IMG/VR virus record: IMGVR_UViG_3300035670_000706
Span: 1 to 36,065 of that record
Strand: one strand, 5' to 3'
Length of the DNA: 36,065 bases
Source: a virus
Taxonomy: Duplodnaviria > Caudoviricetes
Positions 25,558-35,606 of the stretch are shown here, piece after piece (the stretch's first letter is position 1; each line of letters opens with the position of its first letter). The notes under the pieces were generated by a model that was not told the DNA's origin, searched no databases, and worked only from the letters and a program-made list of their open reading frames with translations. The translations under genes and the position numbers were made by a program.

Positions 25558-25751
25558 TTTTAAGTTGTTATAAAAATAATAACAAAAAATTTGTATTTAA
25601 TGAAAATGAAATAATTCTTGCAATATATCATTTCTTAAAAGAAAACCCAATGTTTGATTATGAAAGGGTTAGAAATTGGAGTTTGCAAGAATTTCTTAAT
25701 TGGATTGAAGTATCTAATCAATATAAGATTAATATAGAAAAAAATGAGTGA
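25515..25751 (+). CDS. -1 frameshift extension of the tail chaperone (long form about 201 aa)
   Basis: TTTTTTG at 25515-25521; -1 frame open to TGA at 25749-25751: VGLQLRIGRK...FDYERVRNWSLQEFLNWIEV...KNE*. Confidence 0.8.
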   Translation, partial: FFVGLQLRIGRKELILSCYKNNNKKFVFNENEIILAIYHFLKENPMFDYERVRNWSLQEFLNWIEVSNQYKINIEKNE

Positions 25752-28074
25752 TATTAAATTTACAATTACAGCATTAGATTCAGCCTCCAAGACATTAGAT
25801 GCCATTGACAAGAAAGCCAAGAGTGTTGAAAGCACCTTTAGTAAATTAAGTAAATCTTTGGGTTCGTCACTTAAAATTGAAAGCCTTAGCCAACTTAATC
25901 AAAAATTCATAGACCCTAATTTTAATAAACAACAAGATAAATTAAGAAGGGAAAATGAAAGGCAATATAATTTCTTAAAAAATAATTTCGAGAAAGAGTT
26001 AAATAGAAATTTAAAAGAAAAAGAAAGGATTCAAAAATCTCAATTACAAGAATCAAAAAGAAAAGCAGATTATAATGATTTTTTAAAAAAGAATTTTGAA
26101 AAAGAATTAAATAAAAATTTAAAAGAAAAAGAAAAAGAACAAAAACAAACTCAAAAACAAGAAATGTTTTTTGCTAAACAGCAAGAAAGAGAACAAAAAA
26201 TTCTTAGAAAAGAGCAGGAAGATAATTATAAAAGACAAATAAAAATTGAAGAGCAAAGAAAAAAAACTTTTGAAAAAGCTATACAAGATGAAAGAAATGC
26301 TAAAGTTTCACCGATTAATTATGTAAGAGATAAAAAGGGTAATGTAATTGGTGTTGTCGGTGAAAAAAGCACTACAGCTTCAATATCAGGTAGTTTAGGT
26401 CTTGGTGGTAGAACCTTAACAAGAGAAGAGGCTCAGGCTTATCGAGGAAGAGGAGGATTCTCTCAAAATAATGAAGGTGGCTTTTTAGGTGGAAGAAGAA
26501 CTTTTGGACAAGTTTTGGGTGGTTATGCAGCTTATAGACTCGCGGTTGGGACTGAAAATGCGGCATCGGCTATTATTAATACACCAATTGAATTAGAAAA
26601 TGTAAGAGCCTCTTTAGATGCAATGAACTTTGCTTCTGGCATTAAAGATAAAATGGGCTACCAGAAAAAAACAAGATCGGATATAAACTTTTTATATGAT
26701 CTGGGTGAAAGATATGGTATAGATTTTACAAGTGTAGCTCCAGAATATATGAGGATGCAAGCAGTAAGGGCTGGAGGAAAAAAAAAGTATAGCGATCAAG
26801 ATGTAAGAGATATAACTCAAGCATTTACTGGCTTGTCAAGAGTAAGTGGTTTAAATGCAGAAAGAACAAAATTAGTTTTCTTAGCTGTTTCTCAAATGCT
26901 AGGTAGAGATAAACTTCAAGGACAAGAAGTTAATCAGCAATTGCTTGAGCAGATGAGTATAGCAAGACCAGTTCTTGAAGCTGCTATTAAAAAAGTTATT
27001 TTTAGTGAAAAAATAAAAAAAAGCAACCCAAGGCTTTATGGCATGTGGGGAAAGTATAGAAAAAAAGAAATTAACTTAAATGAGTTAATGGAGGATGGAG
27101 TTTTGGGCGGAGGAATCCTAACCGAGGTTCTAGGTGTCACACAAGAAATGCTAGGTGGCATGGTGGAAGAAAAATCCCACACTTTTACCGGCTCCGTTGG
27201 AAGATTTGCATCAGTTAGTAAACAAGCTATAGATTTAGCAAGTCAACAAGGAGGTTTTCCTAGCCAATTAGCAAAGAACATAGATAGAGTTTCAAAAGTA
27301 ATTCACTATTTTAATAAAATAGGGATGTCAGATGAATTAAACCCAAATAATTCATATTATGAAATAATGAATGCCAAATATAAAGGAAAAGATGTTAGTC
27401 CACTAAGAAAAACTGCCGCAGTAACTAAAAAATTTATAGACCAATCACTTATACCAGATGCTAGTCTCGCATTAACTGTGTATTCTGCTAGAAAACTAGC
27501 TTTAAAATTTCTTACAAAAGCAATGGCAAAAAATCGGATACTCGGAACATTGCTCGGACCACAGGCGGCTGGAGTTGTTCTTGCTGGAGGACTAGCTTAT
27601 GACTTAGGTAAAGAAATAGGTGTTGCTTATGATGAAGCTATGTTTGACAAAGAAGCTAAAAAATTTAAAGATTTTTATAGAGAAAAATATAAAGTAGATG
27701 CCCCAGTTTTACCTGGACAAAATAATATGAGCATGGATCCAAACTTATTTGTTAATTCTTTATTATCAAAAACAAAGAAGCCCAAACAAAACATGACTTA
27801 TATTAACCCACAAGCTGACCCTGTTAAAGACTTTTTAAAAACAATTGATTATTTTCCTAAAAACATGTCTTTAAAAGGAATTAATCAACCTGAAATAACT
27901 CAGTTGCCAGAAGAACCTTTAAAGGGAGACTTTCCCAATCAAGGAAAACAACAAATAGAGTTAATTTTGAAAATTGAAGAAATGCCAAAAGGATTTACTT
28001 CGAATATTTATACTTCAGGTGGTCAAAAACTTGACACTGGAATTAACATGATTACAGGAAAATATGCCTCTTAA
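25744..28074 (+). CDS. Tape measure protein
   Basis: 776 aa helical protein; tape-measure domain FLAVSQMLGRDKLQGQEVNQQLLEQ; synteny. Confidence 0.9.
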   Translation: MSDIKFTITALDSASKTLDAIDKKAKSVESTFSKLSKSLGSSLKIESLSQLNQKFIDPNFNKQQDKLRRENERQYNFLKNNFEKELNRNLKEKERIQKSQLQESKRKADYNDFLKKNFEKELNKNLKEKEKEQKQTQKQEMFFAKQQEREQKILRKEQEDNYKRQIKIEEQRKKTFEKAIQDERNAKVSPINYVRDKKGNVIGVVGEKSTTASISGSLGLGGRTLTREEAQAYRGRGGFSQNNEGGFLGGRRTFGQVLGGYAAYRLAVGTENAASAIINTPIELENVRASLDAMNFASGIKDKMGYQKKTRSDINFLYDLGERYGIDFTSVAPEYMRMQAVRAGGKKKYSDQDVRDITQAFTGLSRVSGLNAERTKLVFLAVSQMLGRDKLQGQEVNQQLLEQMSIARPVLEAAIKKVIFSEKIKKSNPRLYGMWGKYRKKEINLNELMEDGVLGGGILTEVLGVTQEMLGGMVEEKSHTFTGSVGRFASVSKQAIDLASQQGGFPSQLAKNIDRVSKVIHYFNKIGMSDELNPNNSYYEIMNAKYKGKDVSPLRKTAAVTKKFIDQSLIPDASLALTVYSARKLALKFLTKAMAKNRILGTLLGPQAAGVVLAGGLAYDLGKEIGVAYDEAMFDKEAKKFKDFYREKYKVDAPVLPGQNNMSMDPNLFVNSLLSKTKKPKQNMTYINPQADPVKDFLKTIDYFPKNMSLKGINQPEITQLPEEPLKGDFPNQGKQQIELILKIEEMPKGFTSNIYTSGGQKLDTGINMITGKYAS

Positions 28075-29257
28075 TTCAAACTGGTATGCACCAAAATTAA
28101 ATGGAGTACCTTTTATAGCTTTAGAATCTTCATTGCCTCAACTAGGAAGAAAAACCGTTATATTTGAATATCCAAACTCCGACTCAAGGTATGTTGAAGA
28201 CATGGGAAAATATCGAAGTGTTTATTCGCTTACAGCACAAATAACGGCAAACAACTTAACACCATCAAGCTACAAAAGAAATAAAAAGAGATTTGAAAAA
28301 GCTCTATCTCATGAAGGTTTGGGAGTTTTGATACACCCGACATTGGGAAGAAAAGAGGTAGTAATTGTTCGTGCAGAACAAATAGAACCTGTTCAAAATC
28401 AAATCGGTCAGTGCATTTATAAATTTGTTTGTGCCGAATCTGATTTAAATAAATTTCCAACACAATTAGAAAATAAAAAGAGCTTATTAAATAAATTAGA
28501 TGATTTAATTAAGCAAAAACTTGGCTTTGGAATTGAAAACATGATTGATGGGCTAGATAGTGCTTTGGAAAGCTATAATTCAGTTAGAGACGGAATAACA
28601 GCCGTTTGTGATGCTATGCAACAAGCTATGGAGACCATTAATGGAATTAATGACGAAATTGCAGGTTTAACTGCAGATATAACTAATTTAAAAAACTCAA
28701 TTAATGATGTTTTAAAATTTCCTTCAAAATTTGCCACTAGTTTTGTTGCTAATTTGGGAAGACTGATACAAGTTACTTCTAATTTTTCAGATGCCTTTAA
28801 TTTGCAAGAAAAAGTTTTTAGAAATACAGCGGCTCCTTTTCAAAGCTTACTTAACGAAGTTAAGGTTTCCAATACAATATCATCAACAACCAAGGTAGCA
28901 CTATTGAGTAATTCTTTTATTATTGCAACAGCAATTAATTATAAAGACCAGTCTGAAATTAACAATATTATTAAAAAATTAGAAACAATGTATAGTTCAA
29001 TAAATCCAATATTTTTAACCGATGAGATTTATACTTTAGTTCAAAATATCCGGTATCAAACACTATTAGATTTGAAAAATTTAAAACTTAAATTGCCATA
29101 TGTTAATTCTATAAACACTAATCAGCTTCCAGCAATTGCACTAGCATATAATCTGTATAATCAGAGTGCAAGAGGTCAATATGAAAATATTTTAAATTTA
29201 AATAAAGTTCAAGACCCATCAAATTTAAATGGTGATATAAAAATATTTACGACATGA
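28064..29257 (+). CDS. Mu gpN-like DNA circularization / tail protein
   Basis: LNGVPF...GRKTVIFEYPNSD...VEDMGK...GVLIHPTLG. Confidence 0.9.
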   Translation: MPLNSNWYAPKLNGVPFIALESSLPQLGRKTVIFEYPNSDSRYVEDMGKYRSVYSLTAQITANNLTPSSYKRNKKRFEKALSHEGLGVLIHPTLGRKEVVIVRAEQIEPVQNQIGQCIYKFVCAESDLNKFPTQLENKKSLLNKLDDLIKQKLGFGIENMIDGLDSALESYNSVRDGITAVCDAMQQAMETINGINDEIAGLTADITNLKNSINDVLKFPSKFATSFVANLGRLIQVTSNFSDAFNLQEKVFRNTAAPFQSLLNEVKVSNTISSTTKVALLSNSFIIATAINYKDQSEINNIIKKLETMYSSINPIFLTDEIYTLVQNIRYQTLLDLKNLKLKLPYVNSINTNQLPAIALAYNLYNQSARGQYENILNLNKVQDPSNLNGDIKIFTT

Positions 29258-30456
29258 ATAACATAACTATTGATATTAATGGATATACATATACAAGTTT
29301 TTTAAGCTATGATTTTTATGAAGACATAGAAGCTTTATTAAAAACATTTTCAATTACTTTAAATGTTCCTAAGGATAGAGATTTGATAAAACAAGGCGAT
29401 ATTGTAAATGTTAAAATTGATAATGAAGATTTTTTAAAAGGTTATATTGAGAAAATCGAAGAGAAGGATGAGGGCGAGGCATCGACAATGAGAATTCAAG
29501 GAAGAGATATTTTATGCGACTTGGTAGATAGTAGAATAGGTGCTAAAATATACCAAACACCCATAAATTTTGTTGAATTGGTTAAGCAAGTTTTAATGGC
29601 TTTGAATTATACGTTATCAACAGGATTAAACCCCTACAATAAAGATAATGCAATTTCTATTATAAATAATTATGGAAACATTGATATATTAGAATCTGGT
29701 GATGACATTAAACATAGAGATAATGATTCTGCATTTGAATTAATAAAAAGATGTGCAGATAAAAGAAGATTGATACTTACTTCTGATGGCAGAAGTAATT
29801 TAGTTATAAACAAGCTAGCTAGCAAAGTTTGTGACACTATACTTGTTAGGTTTAAAGATGATGAGCTAAACAACATACTAAATTCTGAAGTTGATATAGA
29901 TTATTCACAAAGATACTACAAATACATTGTTAAATCTATAGTTAATGGCTCAGGAATTGAACAAAGTGCCGCAATTGACCCTAAAGAAGAAATGATTGTT
30001 ACCAAAGGAAAGGAAAATAGAGCAAGTTCATTAATTAACGGAACCGGCATTGTTTATGATAATGAAATAAGAAAAAATAGAATACTGACCATATTTAAGC
30101 AAGTTTCAAGCATAAAACAGGCAAATGATTTGGCTCAATGGGAAGCCGACATTAGAAAAACTCAGTCTTTTCAATATGGTTGTAGAGTTTTTGGCTTTAG
30201 GCAAAATTTAGAAGAAAATTTATCGATAAATCCACTATGGAAAACTAATATGCTAGTTGATGTCCAAGACGAAGTTAGAAATGTTTTTGGTAGATTCTTG
30301 ATTAAAAGTGTTAGATACAGCAAAAATGATAAAGGGACAAATTCCTATTTAACTTTAGTCAATGAAAAATCTTATACCAATTCTTTATTTGAGCCAATTG
30401 TAAAAAACATAAGAGGTAAAAGAGGGGATGGGGCGAAAGTAATTATTGAGCCTTAA
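29254..30456 (+). CDS. Baseplate hub (Mu gp44/gpP-like)
   Basis: GYIEKI...IQGRDILCDLVDS, LTSDGRSNLVI, LWKTNMLVDVQD. Confidence 0.9.
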   Translation: MNNITIDINGYTYTSFLSYDFYEDIEALLKTFSITLNVPKDRDLIKQGDIVNVKIDNEDFLKGYIEKIEEKDEGEASTMRIQGRDILCDLVDSRIGAKIYQTPINFVELVKQVLMALNYTLSTGLNPYNKDNAISIINNYGNIDILESGDDIKHRDNDSAFELIKRCADKRRLILTSDGRSNLVINKLASKVCDTILVRFKDDELNNILNSEVDIDYSQRYYKYIVKSIVNGSGIEQSAAIDPKEEMIVTKGKENRASSLINGTGIVYDNEIRKNRILTIFKQVSSIKQANDLAQWEADIRKTQSFQYGCRVFGFRQNLEENLSINPLWKTNMLVDVQDEVRNVFGRFLIKSVRYSKNDKGTNSYLTLVNEKSYTNSLFEPIVKNIRGKRGDGAKVIIEP

Positions 30457-30475
30457 TAAATCAAAATAATAAAAT

Positions 30476-30985
30476 ATGCAAGGATATTATATAAATATAG
30501 GAAAAATTACTAATTTAGAAGTTAATAATGATGTTATTTATGCAAAAGTTAATCTTCTTAGGAATGATGTTGAGGTTGATGATGTTATAATAACAGGCTC
30601 AATGGGAATAAGTGGCTTTCCAGAAATAGGTATGCAGTGCATTGTAATTAACACAGATTGCGACACCTCAAGAAATTATGGATTTATTATTGATTTACAA
30701 TATATACATTCAATTCAAAATGGCTTAGTTATTTATGGCAAAAATGAAAATAGAGTCTTTTTTATGGACAATGGAGATATTGACATAATTAGCAAAAAAA
30801 ATAAAATCACCTTAAAAGGTAATAGTGTAGAAATTACTGGGAATGTTAAGATAACTGGAAATTTAGAGGTTTCTGGAAATTCAACATTAACCGGAACTGG
30901 CACTACTATTGCGGGTAAAAATTTCTTATCTCATACTCATTCGGCTGTTATGCCGGGCGGTGGGGTAAGTGGAGGAGTAGTATAA
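30476..30985 (+). CDS. Baseplate spike (Mu gp45 / P2 gpV-like)
   Basis: Beta-helix repeats ITGNVKITGNLEVSGN and apex HxH motif SHTHS. Confidence 0.9.
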   Translation: MQGYYINIGKITNLEVNNDVIYAKVNLLRNDVEVDDVIITGSMGISGFPEIGMQCIVINTDCDTSRNYGFIIDLQYIHSIQNGLVIYGKNENRVFFMDNGDIDIISKKNKITLKGNSVEITGNVKITGNLEVSGNSTLTGTGTTIAGKNFLSHTHSAVMPGGGVSGGVV

Positions 30986-31467
30986 TGACTTTAGGTTTTA
31001 AAGAGGTTCAGGGAAAGCAATATGCTTTTGATGTTGATTTTACATCTCTAGCAGACCCTTTGAAAAATGCTATTTATATGTCTTTATTTTGTAACAAAAG
31101 AGACATATCTCCGGAATTTGAGAATAAAAATATAGGTGAAAATGGTTGGTTTGGTAATTTGGTAATACATGAAAATAATTTTCAACAAGGAAGTTTTTTG
31201 TGGACATTGCAACAAGCTACATTAAACCAAGAAAACATAAATTTAACTTATAGTTATATTGAAGATTGTTTACAATGGTTAATAGATGAAGAAGTTGTTG
31301 AAGATTTAGAGATTAATTTTGTAGATCAAAATAACAAAATTTTAGAAGATACTGAAATTTATAACTACATGATTTCTATAAATAAAATATTATTTGAAAT
31401 AAAAATAAAACCTTTTTTAAAAAACGAAATAAAGTATGGTATAACTATAGAAAATGGCACAATTTAA
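30985..31467 (+). CDS. Mu gp46-like baseplate protein
   Basis: LKNAIYMSLF, GWFGN, GSFLWTL, LQWLID. Confidence 0.9.
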   Translation: MTLGFKEVQGKQYAFDVDFTSLADPLKNAIYMSLFCNKRDISPEFENKNIGENGWFGNLVIHENNFQQGSFLWTLQQATLNQENINLTYSYIEDCLQWLIDEEVVEDLEINFVDQNNKILEDTEIYNYMISINKILFEIKIKPFLKNEIKYGITIENGTI

Positions 31468-32992
31468 TACACCAGACACAATTAAAGAGATTAACGATAA
31501 AATGCAAGCCGATGTTTCTATTGAAACTGAAGGTGAGGCATTAAAAGTTGATTCTGATAAAACCATGATTGGTGCATTAGCTTCTCGTATTTTTGACCTA
31601 TATAGAAAACGATTAAATATAAATAGGCAAGCTTTTATAAACACTTGTGATGATGAATATCTTCCTGTTCATGGAGAGCCTTACGAAATTACTTTAAATC
31701 CAGCCACACCATCGGAGGGTGATGTTGTGTTTAGTGGCTTAAATGGTGCTATAATTGGTGCAAATACATCAATACAATCTGTATCAGGCTTAATTTTTAC
31801 AACTCAATCTGATGGAACTATTGCATTACAACAGGTAACTCCAGCATCTATTTCTAGGACAGGAACTTTGGTTACGGTTACATTTAGCAATTCAATTAAT
31901 TTAGCTAGTGGTTTCACTATTGATTCTATCACGGGTGCAGTTCCTGATGATTTTAATGTTAGTAATCAAGTTATAACAATAACATCGTCAAGTTCTTTTA
32001 CATTTGAAAAAGCAGGAACTCAAGGTAGTGCTACTGGAACAATTGTAGTTCAATGGAAAAGTGCATCAATTAAAGTTAAAGCTTCTTCGTCTGGTTTTGC
32101 CACTAATTTATCTCATGGAAACCTTTTAAAATTATCTCAAGCCGTTGCGGATGTAAATACTAATTGTTTTGTTGGGTATGAAGGCTTAACTAATGGAACT
32201 GATGTTGAGGACAATGTGTCTTATAGACAAAGAATACGAGATAGAATGGCTAATCCAGTAGCTTATTTTAATAATGCTTTTATCGAAAGTGAATGTAAAA
32301 AAATTAGTGGAATAACTAGAGTTCAGATATTTAACCCAACAACCACTACTGCACAAATATCAATATCTTCAATAACAAGAAATGATAATGTTGCAATAGC
32401 TATCTCTAATAATCATGGTTCATTTGACAATACAACTATACAAATATTTGGAGCTAGTCCAAGTGATTATAATGTCAGAACTAAAATTATCAAATTAGAT
32501 GCTAATAGATTTGCTTTTTATGTTGCTGGAACTCCCGTTAATCCAACTGGAACTATTACCGCTTCTTATTCTTATGTTCAGCCTGGGCAAGTTAGAATTG
32601 GTATATTAAGGGATAACGATGATAGCATTATTCCGTCATCGACTGAAGTTCAAAAAGTTAGAAACCAATTGTTAACAAAATTACCAAGTAATATGGATGA
32701 TACTGATTTAATGGTATTCTCTCCAATTGCGGTGCCACAAAACTTTACATTTAGTTATTTATATCCAAATACAACCGCAATGAAATCAGCGATAACAAGC
32801 TCATTAGATAATTATTTTAGAAGTAAAAATAAAATTGGTGTTAACGATAAATTAGCTTCATTTAAAGCTATCATTGAAAACACTTTTGATTCAACTGGTA
32901 GAAAACCTGAATTTACATTAAGTTATCCAACACAGGATAATTTAATTGGATTAAATCAAATATCAACATTAGGAACTATAACATACCCGTAA
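31454..32992 (+). CDS. Baseplate J / Mu gp47-like wedge protein with two inserted domains
   Basis: TCDDEYLPVHG, GLTNGTDVEDNVSYRQRI, ISGITRV, PGQVRI. Confidence 0.9.
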   Translation: MAQFNTPDTIKEINDKMQADVSIETEGEALKVDSDKTMIGALASRIFDLYRKRLNINRQAFINTCDDEYLPVHGEPYEITLNPATPSEGDVVFSGLNGAIIGANTSIQSVSGLIFTTQSDGTIALQQVTPASISRTGTLVTVTFSNSINLASGFTIDSITGAVPDDFNVSNQVITITSSSSFTFEKAGTQGSATGTIVVQWKSASIKVKASSSGFATNLSHGNLLKLSQAVADVNTNCFVGYEGLTNGTDVEDNVSYRQRIRDRMANPVAYFNNAFIESECKKISGITRVQIFNPTTTTAQISISSITRNDNVAIAISNNHGSFDNTTIQIFGASPSDYNVRTKIIKLDANRFAFYVAGTPVNPTGTITASYSYVQPGQVRIGILRDNDDSIIPSSTEVQKVRNQLLTKLPSNMDDTDLMVFSPIAVPQNFTFSYLYPNTTAMKSAITSSLDNYFRSKNKIGVNDKLASFKAIIENTFDSTGRKPEFTLSYPTQDNLIGLNQISTLGTITYP

Positions 32993-32993
32993 A

Positions 32994-33596
32994 ATGGACA
33001 ATTTTGATATAAAAACATTACAAGAACAAACTTTTATAACCACATCTTATTTGCCTAATGATAAATTTTTTAATGCAAAAAATTATCAAGATAGTGGATT
33101 ATATAAATTAATGAAAGGAATTTCAAAAAGCTTTAAAGATGTCGATGATTTATTCACTAAAGATTGGAATAATTTAAGTATTTTAACTTGTGATGATGAA
33201 GAATTTTTATCATTGTGGGAGTCAAGTGTCGGCATTCCCGATAATATTTTTAAGAAAACGGAAGGCTTAACGATTGAGGAAAGAAGAAATCAAATTTTAA
33301 CAAAACTAAGAAGCCTTGGTGTTTTAACAATAGATGATATGAAGGCTCTAGCTGATTTATTAGGGCTAAATGTCGCTATAAAAACTGGTAAGGAAGCGGC
33401 TTATCCCCCTTACGATGTTCCATTTATTCCAATTGGGGAAAATGAAGAATTTATATTAATTATATCATCAGAGGATTTTAGCGATGCTGGTAATCCACCT
33501 TATGATGTTCCGTTTACCCCAAGTGGTTCAGAATCTTTATTGATAGATTTATTTAATGCTATCAAACCAGCAAATACATTATTAATTGTTAATTAA
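32994..33596 (+). CDS. Mu gp48-like baseplate wedge protein
   Basis: LSLWESSVGIPD, TIEERRNQILTKL, IKPANT. Confidence 0.85.
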   Translation: MDNFDIKTLQEQTFITTSYLPNDKFFNAKNYQDSGLYKLMKGISKSFKDVDDLFTKDWNNLSILTCDDEEFLSLWESSVGIPDNIFKKTEGLTIEERRNQILTKLRSLGVLTIDDMKALADLLGLNVAIKTGKEAAYPPYDVPFIPIGENEEFILIISSEDFSDAGNPPYDVPFTPSGSESLLIDLFNAIKPANTLLIVN

Positions 33597-33601
33597 ATTT
33601 T

Positions 33602-34831
33602 ATGGCGAACAAAACTTCAAATTTTATAGATAATAGCCCACCAAAAGCGGATGCTACTTGGCTTAATATGGTCACTAAAGAAATTGCTAATGCAATTCCG
33701 ATGGCTGGAGATGTGGTAGATTCAAGTGCTGGAGCTACAGTAAATACACAATTACTTGATTGTATTAAGAGTTATGTATCACAAGCTGGTATTCTTTGCA
33801 CTGATACAAGTTCTGGGGCAAATGTTTATGTTGTTAATGCTTCAACTCCATTTACCAATCCAGTATTAAAAACTGGAACAAGAATTAGATTTAAAACCAC
33901 AAATGCAAATACCGGGTCTTCAACAATTGCAGCTTTTGGTGGTTCAGCAGTTACTTGTAAAAAAAGTGATGGCTCAACAAATTTAGTTGCTAACGATATT
34001 CCCGCTAATAGTGAAGTTGAGTTTGTTTATAATGGAACTAACTGGGTTAAGACTTCATACGGACTAGCCACCACCACCAACCAAGGTGTTTCTTATCTCA
34101 ACAACCCAATCACTATTGCGAATAATACAACAACTCCAAACACTAAAATTGATTTCCTAGCTGGAGTTATGACTTTTGATGATGGTTCTGGTCAAATCAA
34201 TGCTTCAGCAATGACTGGGGATTTAGCAAAGGCTTTTGGAACCGACGATGGAATGCTTGACACTGGGACAAAAGCAAGCACAAGCGATTATTCTTTATTT
34301 GCTATTTACAATCCAACAACTGGAATTATTAAACCTCTTGCTTCGTTGTCTCGCACAGCCCCAACAATGCCGAGTGGGTTCACAAAAAAAGATTATCGAG
34401 GTAAAATTTTAACTGATGCAAGCGGAAATATTATTGGATTTAAACAATACAAAGATTTATTTGAAATCACTGGTTCTTTGCCCTACAAAGCATTTCCTGC
34501 AAATACGACTACATACACTGATATTTCATTTGCAACTAATTACATTAAAGAAGTTGAGCAAATAATAAATTCAACCCTTTATGCAACCGTGACAACGGGC
34601 ATAAATTCGCAAATTCTAATAAGAGCAAAAAATTACACTGATGGAATTAATTTGTCGTCAGGCGACACAAATTCGGTTAGTGTGACATTAAGATTTAATA
34701 ATTTATTCAATGTAATGTCTGATTCATCGGGAGTCTGGCAATATAGAACAACGAATTCAACAAGTTTTGTTGTTGGTTCAGGATATGGCTTTTATTTAAA
34801 AGCTTTCAGGGATTATAATTTAAAAATTTAA
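33602..34831 (+). CDS. Tail fibre protein
   Basis: DATWLNMVTKEI N-terminal anchor, FKTTNANTGSSTI, ATTTNQGVSYL hinge; follows the baseplate genes. Confidence 0.85.
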   Translation: MANKTSNFIDNSPPKADATWLNMVTKEIANAIPMAGDVVDSSAGATVNTQLLDCIKSYVSQAGILCTDTSSGANVYVVNASTPFTNPVLKTGTRIRFKTTNANTGSSTIAAFGGSAVTCKKSDGSTNLVANDIPANSEVEFVYNGTNWVKTSYGLATTTNQGVSYLNNPITIANNTTTPNTKIDFLAGVMTFDDGSGQINASAMTGDLAKAFGTDDGMLDTGTKASTSDYSLFAIYNPTTGIIKPLASLSRTAPTMPSGFTKKDYRGKILTDASGNIIGFKQYKDLFEITGSLPYKAFPANTTTYTDISFATNYIKEVEQIINSTLYATVTTGINSQILIRAKNYTDGINLSSGDTNSVSVTLRFNNLFNVMSDSSGVWQYRTTNSTSFVVGSGYGFYLKAFRDYNLKI

Positions 34832-34835
34832 AAAT

Positions 34836-35333
34836 ATGATAGTTTTAAAACACAAAATTTCAAAAGAAATTACATTATCAATTGAACAAATGAACGAATG
34901 GGATGATATTTCAAATACCGAAGAAGGTAAAAGTTATTTACTTCAAAAAGCAAAAAATGAAAAAATTGCTGAATTAAATCAATATTATGCTAGTGATGAA
35001 TGTTGGACATTTCGCTTAAAATCAACAACTTTAAAAGCATCATTGACTAAAACAGCCGATTTTTTTGCCAAGGTTTTACCAGCAATCGACTCTTCTTTTG
35101 CTGTTTATTTTGAAACTGATGACAAAAAAATAATTTCAACAAATTTGTCAACAGAAAAAGCAAAGAAAATCAATGCAAAAATTCAATTAGAAGTATCAAT
35201 TCATGTTAAAAAATTAAAAATTGATACAGAAGCAAAAATTTTAAATTGCAAAACAATTGAAGAGATCGCTTTAATTGATGTAAAAAAAACTCTGGAAAAA
35301 GTTCCAAGAGAAATTGAAATTGATAATATTTAA
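34836..35333 (+). CDS. Probable tail fibre assembly chaperone
   Basis: LQKAKNEKIAELN and KILNCKTIEEIALID pattern; follows the fibre gene. Confidence 0.65.
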   Translation: MIVLKHKISKEITLSIEQMNEWDDISNTEEGKSYLLQKAKNEKIAELNQYYASDECWTFRLKSTTLKASLTKTADFFAKVLPAIDSSFAVYFETDDKKIISTNLSTEKAKKINAKIQLEVSIHVKKLKIDTEAKILNCKTIEEIALIDVKKTLEKVPREIEIDNI

Positions 35334-35336
35334 TTT

Positions 35337-35606
35337 ATGTGGGATTCTATTAAAAAATTTTTTAAAACAATATTTTCAATATTCGTTAGCCCGCAAGGGA
35401 CATTATCAAGCAAAAGAGCAACTGGTTTTTTAATGATAAGTCTTGCTGGATATTTAATTTATAATGCTTGCATAAAAGAAAAAGAAATTCAAGCAAATAA
35501 TACAACTTTAATTCGTGATTTGATTTATGGTGGTGTTGGGCTTGTCGGCTCAACAATTTTCGAGAAAAAATTTAAAAACCAAAACAATGGAAATGGACAA
35601 AATTAA
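35337..35606 (+). CDS. Holin-like membrane protein
   Basis: SSKR motif, two hydrophobic segments and a basic C-terminus. Confidence 0.6.
   Translation: MWDSIKKFFKTIFSIFVSPQGTLSSKRATGFLMISLAGYLIYNACIKEKEIQANNTTLIRDLIYGGVGLVGSTIFEKKFKNQNNGNGQN

Noticed and set aside
10530-31644. Short ORFs overlapping structural genes (10530, 15681, 17549, 18207, 19026, 19902, 21122, 22573, 22936, 23369, 25635, 26372, 28230, 29670, 31417)
   Set aside because: Shadow or alternate-frame ORFs with no motifs or leaders.
33400-33520. NPPY inside the gp48-like protein as a methyltransferase motif
   Set aside because: It is part of a duplicated PPYDVPF structural motif and no SAM-binding motif I is present.
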